A stretch of 64,000 nt of DNA from Pseudovirgaria hyperparasitica. Its lineage: Eukaryota. How positions within the stretch are numbered: position 1 is the first letter of the stretch; each line of letters opens with the position of its first letter. The notes beneath the pieces are model-generated. The model was not told where the DNA came from. It made no database searches and saw only the letters and a program-made list of their open reading frames with translations. The stretch lies in assembly GCA_010093815.1 (NCBI GenBank), contig ML996566.1. One strand, given 5' to 3'. Made by a program: the position numbers and the translations under genes. Shown one piece after another: positions 12,611 to 24,400 of the stretch.

Positions 12611-14393
12611 ATGGACACTTCGGCCCCGGGCCAGGGCCAGAACCCGAATCAAGAGCTGTGCTTCTGCCATTCATGCGAGAACGAATGGTATCGTCACGAA
12701 TATGGACTGACATGTCCGGAATGTCAGTCTGACTTCACCGAGATAGTACGTCGAACCATTTTGCTTCCACGCTACGGCTCTCGCTTTCGCTTGAAAGATT
12801 TCTGACATGCACTCTGTAGGTTGAAGCTGCCCACGACCCGCGTGCAGAATTATTTGCAGATCTTGACCACCATATGGCGGACGAGCACCCGGCACACCCA
12901 CGTTCGCACACCCGTGATCCGATCCATGGTAACGATGACCACCACCCTTTCCACAATCAGGACACATGGCGCCACGCCCCTGATCCGGAAGAGGAGGACA
13001 TCAATGGTTGGCGAATAAACCAGACAGGTCCCGACACTTTCTCTATGACGGGCACCTTCACCACTACCACTACGCCGCGCGGAGGAGCAAACAGGGCTCC
13101 AGGTGCTCTACAGGGCGGCATCGCAGACAACTTCAGACACATGCTCCAAGGAATACTAGGAAACAACGCAGGGTTAGCCAACACACGCCCTAGCACACAG
13201 CAGCAGCCCCCTGACGCTCCTCCCGTACCTGGCCATAGACCTGATCCTTTTTCCCCACCAGATCGAAATGCACCGGGCGGGTTGGGACATCCACACCAGA
13301 ATATGCAGTCGATATTCGGTGGATTCCAACCTCAGACTACCCAGCAGAGGTTTGGCTCTGGCGGTCAAAGAGTTACTTTCATGGGTAGAGGGCCACATCC
13401 GAGGTTCCAGTACACCGCGAATGCGCGGATCTTTCCACGCAACCCAAACGAGGCACAACCTCACGTTGAGCCCGTTGACGAACTTCACGAGTAAGTCATG
13501 CATGGTAACTTTGTTCGACTTTTTTGCACTACTGACAAGTTGATAGTATGATTCAGGCTATGCTTGGTCAAGGCATGGGCGGACCACGATTCCCTGGTGA
13601 AGTCCCGCCAGGTCAACGTTTTGAACAGCAGCAAAATGCAAACGCATTCCCCGATAATCCTTTATTGGGACTATTAAGTCATTTTCTCGCCGGACCGAGA
13701 GGATCAATCGGAGACTATGTTGGTTCTCAACAGGAACTAGATCGGGTTATTTCTCAGCTTATGGAACACAACGCCTCAGGAAGTGCGCCGGGTCCGGCAT
13801 CAGCAGCAGCCATAGCGGCTCTACCGAAGAAGGAAGTATCCAAGGACATGCTAGGCTCCGAAGGCAAAGCCGAATGTAGCATATGCATGGATGAGGTCAA
13901 CTTAGGTGAACAAGTGACGATACTGCCCTGTAATCACTGGTTCCATGAACAGTGTGTCGGTGCATGGCTGAGTGAGCATGACACATGTCCCCACTGTAGG
14001 AAAGGCATTTCATCTGAGCCTTCAAGCCCGCCCCAAACGCCCGGACGCGCTACTAGTGCTGAGGCTTCACACAGTCAGCGGCTATATCCACCTTCGCCGA
14101 CCCGAAACGTTCCAGGCACATTTTACGACGATCATGCATCAACAAGCAGCTCTGATGTTCGACATGATTTCCACAGACTACACGAACATCGCCCACAAAA
14201 CAGTCGCCACTCTAGCCACGGTAGCCACAACAGCAGGAGACAGAGTGCATCTACAATCCTCAACAATAGTCACACCAGCAGTAACGACGGTGGTGGTGGT
14301 GGTGGTGGTGGTGGTGGTATAGCTGATCGAATCAGGAGAGGACTATTTGGTAGTAGCAGTTCGCGACGCCAAAGCGGCGGAGCAAACCCGTGA
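12611..14393 (+). CDS. RING-H2 E3 ubiquitin ligase with N-terminal zinc ribbon (RNF115/RNF126-like)
   Basis: N-terminal FCHSC...CPECQSDFTE zinc ribbon; C-terminal CSIC...LPCNHWFHEQCVGAWLSEHDTCPHC RING-H2; introns near 12746-12819 and 13491-13547. Confidence 0.9.
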
Positions 14394-14739
14394 TTCAAGT
14401 TCGTAGCAACAATGTAGTGAGCGTGTAGCGTGTCACGAACACATATTGACATACATTTGGTTAGGTTATATAGAGCGAGGCTATTGGCGTTGGGGCGTCA
14501 GCAGAAGCTGTATTTTTACCAGACACATCGTTACCTGGATATGCCTAACTCGTGCTAAATATCATGAATACTGATCACCACGCTAAGCTGTTTAAAGATG
14601 GATATTAGTGAAATGACTATCTATGTAGGTGAAGATTTGGACATTATAGTTCAAAATCGTAGTTTTGCAAGTAATGATACACTGCCATCCTTTTGGTGGC
14701 CACTTTCTGCGCGGCCTTTGTTCATGGCTTGTGACTCCA

Positions 14740-16159
14740 TCATATATACCTTAGCATTTTCAACGGATAGACTATAATTCCGGCGATTGCAGTAAGGCCA
14801 GAGAATACAATCAACGGGCCATACCCACTTCCATATCCACCTATGGCATGTCCACGCCACGGCGCACCCTTCACCAACGCTTCGCTCAAAGGTCCAGATA
14901 TAAGATTTCCTATTCCGCGACCTAGCAATAGGCATCCCATCAATGAGATTGGGTCTCCGGGGCCATAGCCCGCAGCCTCGCCCTTTTGCGTGACTGTCTG
15001 CATGATGCCAGAGTAGATGCTTGTATAACCACCAGCGAAGAGGCCATACAGTATCGCGAAGACGTATAGCTGAGGTAGCTTTGTCGTCAGACCCCAGATG
15101 AGGAGCACCGAGACACTAGTACCGACCGCAGAGATGAAAACGCACATAGTTGTGGAGAGCTTGTCAGACATGAAGCCCATAATCACACATCCGAGAGTGG
15201 CACAGATGTTGAGCACCATAAGCGTCAACGCAGACAAGAAGTTCGGCGCCCCGAACTGTTCGCTCGCATACGACGGGAGGTAGATGCTTGGGAGGAAGTA
15301 TCCCGTGGCGTGTAGCACATTGATAAGCCAATAACACACAAACGTGCTCGAGAAAATGTATCGGAGATTGAGCGGCTGCACCTTCGACGCCATCGACTGC
15401 GGTATCCTGGGTCGAACGAAGAATGCGAATGGAGCAGTGAGCGCGAAGGTGACACCGGCCCAGATCCGTAATGTCGTCCGAAAGCCGAGTTTGTCGAGCA
15501 TGACTTCGAGCACGAGGGGGATCACTACACCTCCGACGCCTGCGGCGCTCCATGCGATGCCGTACGCCAGCCCTTTGCGTTTGTCGAACCATTCGTCGAT
15601 GTATACGATGCAGGGCGAGTACGCGAGACAGCCGCCGACGCCGAAGAGGACGCCTTGGACGCCGATGAGCTGGTTGACGGTGTTGCATAGAGAGGCAAGG
15701 CCCAGGGACAGAGTCGCGAGGATGATTCCAAAGAGGGAGAACCAGCGGGACAAGCGAGGGAAATGGCGAAGGAGCGGCGTGACGAAAGGTGTAGCAAAGT
15801 ACAGGATACCCTGTCCTCGTCAATTGATACGAACGAATATTCTCGCAATCCAAGTAACATACCTGGGTAGTGGTTCCAATCACGGCAATGCTTCCTTGAC
15901 CTGCGAAGGGCTCATGACGGCTATAGTGGTCCTGGAAGATACCGAAGCTGAATGCGAAGCCGTATATCATGGCTTCGAAAACCCAACATGCGCTCAGGAA
16001 TAGCCATGCTTGCTTGCCGGTGTCGGCAGGCGGGATGTCTGCTTCAGTTTTTGGATGGTGGAAGAGAGAAGTACGTTCGGTGTGTTCTTCCCGCCGGCCA
16101 CTCGCATTGGGGGTTGCTCGACTTAAGCCGTCATCGAGGGTGCCAAAATTCCGAGCCAT
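14740..16159 (-). CDS. MFS transporter, monocarboxylate-porter (Mch-like) family; cluster transporter candidate
   Basis: PPADTGKQAWLFL, FSFGIFQDHY, DEWFDKRKGLAYG motifs, many hydrophobic helices; one intron near 15811-15862. Confidence 0.88.
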
Positions 16160-17372
16160 CGTCGCTGGTTCAAGCCGTGACAGGTATGATACAAGGTGGA
16201 CACGCTAAACAAGTCAAATTCGTCGTCGTGAGGTGTGTCGAAGATTTAAGGTTCGAAGAGGTAGGGACGAGGGATGCGGCGCTGAGCAGCGGCGCCGCCA
16301 AATTAGGTTCCCGTTCTTTTTTGAACCGGAGACATGATGCAATATATTGGCCTATGCGCGGATAATGTAGGATAACCCTGAACAGGATGAGTTTTGGACG
16401 TAATCATGACCTTGGAAAAGTCTTGGATTTTGCGCCCAGCGTTGTACATGTCTGTGCAACGAGAGAGCGTCGTCTCTAATGTAACCTCGTCGTCGCCCTT
16501 AGTCCGGCACTAGAGCATTCAGTTTGAATGTCTCATGTCTCATGTCTCATGCTAAGTGTTCGTCGAGTGTAGGCTAGCGTGACGATCAAGTGGAAGCTAA
16601 CGTGGCGATCGAGTGTTCGCATGTTTGCTTTTTTGACGGGGGCTCGGAGTACCTGATGAGCCTTACTATCTGACCCTTCACTTCTCGCCCCGGTGCTACA
16701 TATACGCGTCCAGCCGCATGATTACCATAGTAACAGCATAAGCCACCGCCACCACATGTGCAGAACGTGCTGATTCCAGGAGTTGGGATCAATCAACCGG
16801 ACAGATTCTACCAATACCGATAGGTCCTGTTTCAAAACAAAAGACGTGAGTGTAATATTTTCATGCAGTAGGACGACCTATCAATCTCATTCTTCGGAGT
16901 CTTATGTTGTTATGTTGTTACCAACACATCCAACAAATGTTGTTCAAGCATTGTTCATACCCGCATCTTACTTGCATCGATGGATTTCCTTGATCTGAAA
17001 CCTCTTCCTTTCCAAGATCTCAGGGGTCGGAGCGGGTGGGGGCACAATTGTTTTAACGACGGTAGACCCACTTCAGGGTCAAACCCCAGCCGCAGTCACG
17101 TTTGCCTGGACAAAGACTCTAGAAGCACACTTGAACCACGAGCCGAAGTGACGAGTCAGTTGTGTTCGGCAGCCAAGGACGTAAGGATTCATCACAACGC
17201 TACATCGACCAAAGTGGAAAGTGGTCACGTGGTGTTTATTTAAAGATCAGTCATACCTGTTCTATGGAAACCTTGGAACATTTTCGGCGAGTACTCATTG
17301 CGCTCAGACGGTTCTCAATGACTCAGCAAGTACGCGGCTACCGTCCTGTATAAGTCCTCACTTCATCATCAA

Positions 17373-18502
17373 TCAGTAATACATGATGGCTGTACGATGG
17401 GCATGGTATTGCAGCGCAGTCATCTCCTTATACTTGGACGTGGTCCCTTCCGGCACAAAGAGTGGGATCGGGCCTGCAGAAGTCGCTCGATTCGCCTTCA
17501 AAAAGAAAGCGACCGAGTAACGCTCTGGAAACACCTCACCCTTGACGTCGCTTGGAACGGTCACTTGATGTAGCCCGGCCTGCACTCTCCCATTTGTCCA
17601 TCTCTCGAGTGTATCACCCACGTTGATAAGCAGCTCGGTCTTGTCTACCAACGGCACCGGTAAGTAGCCACCCGGTACATTCTTGTCCTCGATCTCCAGC
17701 CCACCACTCGTGCCCTGTGCCAGCAACGTCAGAATGCCAAAATCTGTGTGTGGCCAGATCGGCATGAGCTTGCCGTCCGCCAGCTTGGACAGCGGTGTCT
17801 CTGGATAGTGGATCATGCGAATCTCGCTCGCATGGCCTTCGCAGCGGTCCACAAGGGCGTCTTTGGGCAACTCCATGGCTACCTCGAGTGCTCGCATCAG
17901 GTCGAGTGATAGCTGCTGCCCTTTTTCGAAGTATTTCTCCATCCACGATTGAAACCCGGGGGCTGCAGAGTTGGAGGGGTAGACGTTGGGGAACTCTGGG
18001 TCGCCGACAGGGCCCATGTCGAAGTGCTCCTGAAGGGCATCACGTGAGCCTGTGAAGTCACAGAATTTTCGTTTGATACCATACCTTCAAGTCTGTGCGG
18101 CCTACGTTGTCGACCATGTCCATACTGATGGTAGTGTCGTTGATCTCTCGCGTCCCAGGTAAGTTCAATGTGGCTGTCGATTCAGCACCAGGGTGACTCC
18201 ATCCTCGTTGAGGCTTGGGACCCTTCACATTCGCGAACTTCTCCTTTTCCTCTTTCGGTAGAGTGAACATAGAAGCGCTCTATGGCTCGTCAACATTTTC
18301 TCCACAATAAGTCTATGTTCGAGACTAGACGTACCTGCTTGAACAACATGGTCATATCCTCCTCAGTCAGGCCATGGTTGACAAGCTTGACGAAGCCGGC
18401 ATCTGTCAGGCCCTGAAGAAATTGGTTGGAAAACTCTCGCTGCTCCGACTTGGTACCATGGAATTTGGCCATGTCCAGCGTCAAAAGATCCATGTTGATC
18501 AT
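17373..18502 (-). CDS. 2-oxoglutarate/Fe(II)-dependent dioxygenase (isopenicillin N synthase-like family), 3 exons
   Basis: GFVKLVNHG N-terminal motif, PQRGWS, HTD..H iron triad (WPHTDFG, GLHQV), RYS cosubstrate motif; introns near 18281-18335 and 18031-18084. Confidence 0.92.
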
Positions 18503-18784
18503 GTTTGCGTTGTTATGTGAGAGGATGGCTCTCACGGCGTGTGGAATGGGGAAGTGGTATCAAGACCCTGTCTGTGAATATCGATCGAGGACAATGCAGT
18601 TGTGGTAACCAGGTCTCTTAAGGTATATGTAGGTACGTATATAGTGGCTCCATGAAGCGCAGGCTTCGCTGTGGCATAAAGCATGTATGCTACTCCGCTT
18701 TAGCACACCGGCCTTGCATCCGATGTTCAACAGTATGTAAGTCGGATGTCCGAGCCTTGTCGTTTGTTCATGTAGCTGGTGAGT

Positions 18785-18950
18785 TTACCCCGCACCGATA
18801 TGCACCTCTTCACAGTGCAGCCGATGGTCGTGTATTCACAGTGCAGCCGATATGCATGTATCTACAATGCAGCTTATCTGCATATATCTACAATGCAGTC
18901 GATGTACACGTATTTGCAATACAGCTGATATGCATGTATTCACAGTGCAC
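18785..18950 (+). repeat. Degenerate 26-bp minisatellite (~6 copies; consensus CACAGTGCAGCCGATATGCATGTATT)
   Basis: Units begin at 18811, 18837, 18863, 18889, 18915 and 18941 (partial), with a divergent unit at 18785. Confidence 0.85.
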
Positions 18951-19341
18951 TTCATGCTCGGAGCTAGATGCATAGGGGCCACATCAGAACAACACACTGT
19001 TCAGTCATTCGTTGCTCAACACTCTAGCAAGTTTGGTGTCATGCTTAGAATAGATCTAAAACTTATCCGAACGAGTAATACACTCTTCGCTTGGCACTCT
19101 GGCAAATTCATTGTCATACTTGGAATTGGATCTATGAGGCTTCTAAGCAAGTAAGGTTAATTGATTACTCAGTGTCAAACTACACGCCTTCAACGAGAAA
19201 AGATCATTATGAACCAGACGACTACGCTTCCGAACAAACAGAGCAAAATACTCGTCCTCTCCCAAGGTCGTACTACGTATTGGAAAAAATCAAAGACACT
19301 CTTGCTCCTGTTTCCGATCATATTACAACATTGTTTCAACA

Positions 19342-20547
19342 TCATGACTCAGGGGAGTTCGTCTTCTTGAGTACAGCCTTGAAGAACTCACAGAGTCTTT
19401 CGAAAGCTTGCTCGCTAATCTGATAGTGGAAGCAGATACGCCCATACAATGGTGCTCCTATCTTCAGTCCGAATTGACTTGACATAGGGTAGAAATCCTC
19501 ATCTCTCAGACCAGAGGCTTCAAGATCGAACCAGATTATGTTTGTTTCTGTGGGTAATTGAAGCTTTCCGCCGTGCTCTTCCCAAACAGACGAAGCATAT
19601 CTGGCCTTTTCTTGTGCGGATCTCAACAAACCACCAAGAAATACTGTTTCTATTGCTACTCTTGCTGGCGCAGCAATCACACCAGAACTCCGAGTGCTAC
19701 CACCCAGAAGCTTGCGACCCCACTTTGCACGTTTGATGAATGCAGAACTCCCGGTGACAATGCTGCCAAGTGGAGCACCGAGTCCTTTTGTAAAGCACAT
19801 CTGGATACTATCGAAACACTCTCCCATGTCACGCAGTGTGCAGGCTCCAGCAGCGACTGCTTCCCACACTCGAGCGCCGTCTAAATGCATATGAATAGGA
19901 GGCGTCTGAGCACGAGCCCATTTCGAGATGGCACGAATATCAGACAGAGGGAATATCGTCCCCCAAAGAGTATTTTCTAAGCTTATTACCCGAGTAGGAC
20001 AGTCGTATACGCTTTCGGTGATGGTGGCGTGTTTCTTGACATCGGCCAAAGTGAGATGATGGCCGTTGGATGGAACGACTTGCTTGATCATGGCGCCACA
20101 GACACTTGAAGGCCCCCCGCCTTCTAGAATGATAATGTGCCCACGATGATCGGCCAAAATTGAATGAGGCGGGCTGGTGAGAGCAGACCGGAGAGCCACT
20201 TGATTTCCCATGGTCCCTGACATGACCAGAAGAGATGCCTCATGGCCCACGAGGCCAGCAACGTATTCCTGGAACGAGTTCGTTGTTTCGTCCTCATCCA
20301 TATCGCCATCACCTAGCGTTGTAGCGCTTATAGCAGCTAGCATTGGTAATGTAGGAATGGTAACAAAGTCGGATCGGAAATCATTGGAAGATCTGTCGCT
20401 CCGTGCCCACGCAAGATGCTGGAGACACTTCATATCTTCAGTAAGCCCAGAGATCTTTGAATCATCGTTGTGAGTCTTTGATGGGACAAAACGCGTGGGA
20501 GTAGACACGTCCTGCGCCTTCTCTGGGTCAATTAAAGATGGTGCCAT
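19342..20547 (-). CDS. PLP-dependent threonine aldolase (GLY1)/fungal alanine racemase family enzyme, intronless
   Basis: NDFRSD, SGTMGNQ, ISLENT, HLDGAR and CFTKGLGAP (PLP lysine) motifs; likely start MAPSLIDP at 20547. Confidence 0.9.
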   Translation of the reverse strand: MAPSLIDPEKAQDVSTPTRFVPSKTHNDDSKISGLTEDMKCLQHLAWARSDRSSNDFRSDFVTIPTLPMLAAISATTLGDGDMDEDETTNSFQEYVAGLVGHEASLLVMSGTMGNQVALRSALTSPPHSILADHRGHIIILEGGGPSSVCGAMIKQVVPSNGHHLTLADVKKHATITESVYDCPTRVISLENTLWGTIFPLSDIRAISKWARAQTPPIHMHLDGARVWEAVAAGACTLRDMGECFDSIQMCFTKGLGAPLGSIVTGSSAFIKRAKWGRKLLGGSTRSSGVIAAPARVAIETVFLGGLLRSAQEKARYASSVWEEHGGKLQLPTETNIIWFDLEASGLRDEDFYPMSSQFGLKIGAPLYGRICFHYQISEQAFERLCEFFKAVLKKTNSPES

Positions 20548-20734
20548 AGTTTCTCGATGGTCACAAGTCTTCGAATAGAGGCAGAAGCTCGCCCTAAGAG
20601 GGACTTTGGACAAAACATGAGGATTCAGAACTCGTGAGAAGACTCGTAAACATGTAGCTGCTCTTTGGACGAATTCCTTCCATCCAGAGCAGGAGGTGAG
20701 TAAGCTGCGCAGTGTTGAGTAAGACCGGACCTGG

Positions 20735-20770
20735 TCGGAGCGGGGCCTGCTAGTGATATCGGAGCGGGGC
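20735..20770 (+). promoter_or_regulatory. Two copies of TCGGAGCGGGGC (CGG-N2-CGG) in the divergent aldolase/NRPS-PKS promoter; candidate Zn2Cys6 sites
   Basis: Exact 12-bp copies at 20735-20746 and 20759-20770; related motifs at 17027-17036 (+) and 18789-18798 (-). Function is inferred. Confidence 0.55.
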
Positions 20771-21402
20771 ATGCACAAAAAATCGGGGTGCATGTTGTGT
20801 TTTAGACACCCGTACGCATGTAGGTTATGAAGCCGTCGTATAGAGTAGTGAGAATCATGTCCGGTTACCGTAAAGGGGGATCCGTAACTTGCTTAGAACC
20901 TAATTATCTTGGCGTCAGAACATGGTGCTACGTTGGCCTCATGAACATAGTAAAATTATGCGAGGCAGTGTACGCAAATCATGTAGTGTCATTACCATTG
21001 TTGACAAGAAGATAATCAGCAGCGACTTGATCCGAACTAGGATTCATGACCAAGTCCCTGATAGGTCCAGTTGAGTACTGAACGCAAGCCACCGGCCGTC
21101 TAGAGCGATAACAAGAAAAGGGGACGTGAATCTTGACGATCAGGTACAAACGTGGTAGTATCATGTGAAGTTGCATGCAAGCATACGTGAAAACATCCCA
21201 GGTCATGTTTGAGAAAGCATTCAGGGCTCTCGGGTCTGTGCCACCAAGTCCGCCAAACGTGCGTCCGATTCAATGTTTGGAATCGGACGTCGAATCAAGT
21301 CAAAAGTATGACGAATTCCGGTTATCGAAAAAGGTCTGAATCCCAGAACGTTTTCCGTACACTCCTACCAGGCACACCAGTTGTCGCGGCGATCAAGAAA
21401 AG

Positions 21403-24400
21403 ATGAGCTTTACATCTGCTGCCCATCATGACTTCAACAACTTGACCGATGACAGTACGAAGCTCGGCCACTGCCTACCACATCTCCTTGAGCATGTTGC
21501 AGAAACATATCTCACAAATACTGCCGTCATATGTGGATCGAGAGAATTGACCTATGGAGAACTCAATCGAAGCGCAAACGTTTTAGCTGCGGTGCTAAGA
21601 AATCGAGGCATCGGTCGCGGTGACTTGGTTGGGATTGCACTGGACCGCTCACTTGATTTGGTAGTAGTGTTGATTGCTGTGTTAAAGTCTGGCGCTGCAT
21701 ATTTGCCTATCGATCCGTCGTTTCCTACGGAACGAATCCGCCATATCCTTGAGGATGCCGAACCGAAGATCGTCGTTGTCGGAGACGCAACACGAGACAT
21801 CTCACAGACATGGGGTTACGCACGCCTAGATCTCGATGAAATCAGAGAAAGCAACGAGAAACTTGATGACAAGCCATTCGATGCCGACGCAGGACTGAGC
21901 GCGGAAGATTTGGCATACGTCATCTACACTTCTGGTTCTACTGGAAAACCGAAAGGCGTGGAGATTAGCCATGGTGCTCTTTCGAATCTGTTGCTTAGCA
22001 TGAAAGAAGAGCCTGGCTGTGACGACACAGATCGACTGCTTGCCATTACGACCATCTCGTTTGACATTGCTGCCCTGGAGCTATTTGTTCCGTTGCTGAG
22101 TGGTGGAACAACAGTGTTGGCTATGACACATGAGACTAGACTTCCTGAATCGATTATGGCCCTTATACAACGGCACAGTATTACGATGATGCAAGCTACA
22201 CCTGCAACTTGGCAAATGCTTCTGGACTTTGGCTGGAAGGGGGACCCTCGTCTCAGCAAGATCCTCTGCGGTGGAGAAAAACTGAGTACCCGCTTGGCAC
22301 GACGAATGCTTCCATGTGCGGAGGTTGTGTGGAATCTTTACGGTCCAACCGAAGCGACTGGTATGAGACCTTTCTAGCCTTTCGTTTGTTTTGTCTTGCT
22401 CACAATTATAGTTTGGGCGAGCGCCTGGAAAGTGTCACCAGACGAAGATGTTGTTATTGGCCGGCCAGTATCAAACTACAAGCTATATGTGCTCGATGCC
22501 GAGCTCGCCGTAGTCCCGGCTGGCACAGATGGTGAGCTTTACATAGGAGGCGCCGGGCTGGCAAGAGGATATCGAAACAAGTCAGAGCTCACGAGAACGA
22601 AATTTATTCATAACCCTTTCCATGAAGGTCTGATGTACCGAAGTGGCGATTTAGCTCGTTATGACGACCAGTTTAGAATCACGGTGGTAGGCCGTGCGGA
22701 TGGCCAAGTCAAAATTCGCGGTCATCGAATTGAGCTGGGTGATATTGAGGCTACGCTGAGTGAGCATCCGATGATCTCGGATGTGGTCGTCGTGAGTAAA
22801 GACGAGCGACTCATCGCTTACTACATCGCAAATTCTAGTGGAAGGAATCAAACTTCAAAGCTCGACAGCATGCTTCGATCATGGTTGACGGAGCGCCTCC
22901 CTGTGTACTCAGTGCCAGCATTCTTCGTAGTATTGGATGCCTTCCCAATGACGCTCAATAATAAGGTCGACAGAAACTCGTTACCAGATCCAGCGCACGC
23001 ACTTCAGCCTGTATTCACCAGGGAGATAACGAGTGTAGAGTCAAGCGTTAGGCTCATCTGGTCGAAGGTCTTGGGCCATGATCAGATCGGCCCATCAGAC
23101 AATTTCTTTGAAGTTGGTGGGAACTCTGTACTCGTAGTACAAGTCCAGAAGGAGTTGGAGAAACATTTCGCGAGGCGTATATCCTCGGCTTTGATGTTTG
23201 AGCATTTTACTCTTGAGGCTCTGTCAACATATCTAGAGACAACCACCGCAGCAGACAGTTCGCCTACGAAGAGTAATAATCTCCAGGACTTGGAGAAACC
23301 CTGTAGAACAAACAATATTCACACCAGAAAACCCTCTCAGCGGCATCCAGATGGAGATGAAGAGGCAATTGCAGTGGTTGGAATGTCATGCCGGCTCCCA
23401 GGAAATGTTTCTACTCCCCAGCAATATTGGGACATTCTCGAGTCTGGTGCCGATGTTATCTCGGAGGTGCCGCGAGATCGATGGGACGCCGACGCAATTT
23501 ACAGTGAGGACCCTGACGCCAAAGGGAAGTCTTACTGCCGCCGAGGTGGCTTTCTATCCTCGGTCGACCATTTCGATGCGTCGTTCTTTGGCATATCGCC
23601 GAGAGAGGCAACAATGATGGACCCAGCACAGCGCATAATGCTTGAAACCAGCTGGGAAAGCTTTGAGCGGGCTGGTTATACGATTGAAAGCCTACGCGGA
23701 AGCCAAACAGGGGTCTATATAGGTACATGCAATATCTCTGCACATACGACTGCGCCGCCTGGAGAGAGACTGGACGGCTACAACGTGACGGGTACCTCAT
23801 CTGGAACCATGTCCGGACGAATCTCGTACAGTCTTGGGCTTGAAGGTCCAAGTATGACAATCGACACCGCCTGTGCCAGTTCTCTGGTCACAACGCATTT
23901 GGCTTGCAACGCACTTCGTGCTGGTGAATGCGATGTTGCATTGTCTGGCGGAATTACACTCCTCCTAAACCCTGGTATGCACATTGAGTTCAGTAGACTT
24001 CAGGGAATATCAAGAGATGGGCGGTGCAGGGCATTTGCGAAAGACTCTGGCGGGACAGGGTGGGCTGAAGGTTGCACCTGTGTCGTGTTGAAGAGATTGC
24101 GCGACGTTAAACCTGGCGAGACCGTACATGCGCTCATTAAGGGGTCTGCAGTGAACCACGCGGGCCGAAGTGCTGCCGGATTGACCGTGCCGAGTGGGTC
24201 TGCCCAACAGTCCTTGATCCGTACCGCGTTGGCTTCCTCACAACTGGCCACTGATGATATCGACTATATCGAGACCCATGGCACAGGTACGAAACTTGGA
24301 GATCCTATTGAGGGGGGGTCGCTCGCAGCGGTGTTTGGCGGACGCAGACAGCCAGAGGGGCTTGGCGTACAGTCGAAAAGCCTCCCCCTATACATCGGAT

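Noticed and set aside
18785..18950. CRISPR-like array
   Set aside because: Units are adjacent tandem copies without unique spacers, in a eukaryotic context with no cas genes.
20548..20793. N-terminal extension of the aldolase given in the ORF track
   Set aside because: It has no family similarity and overlaps the candidate promoter motifs; the ATG at 20547 is the more plausible start.
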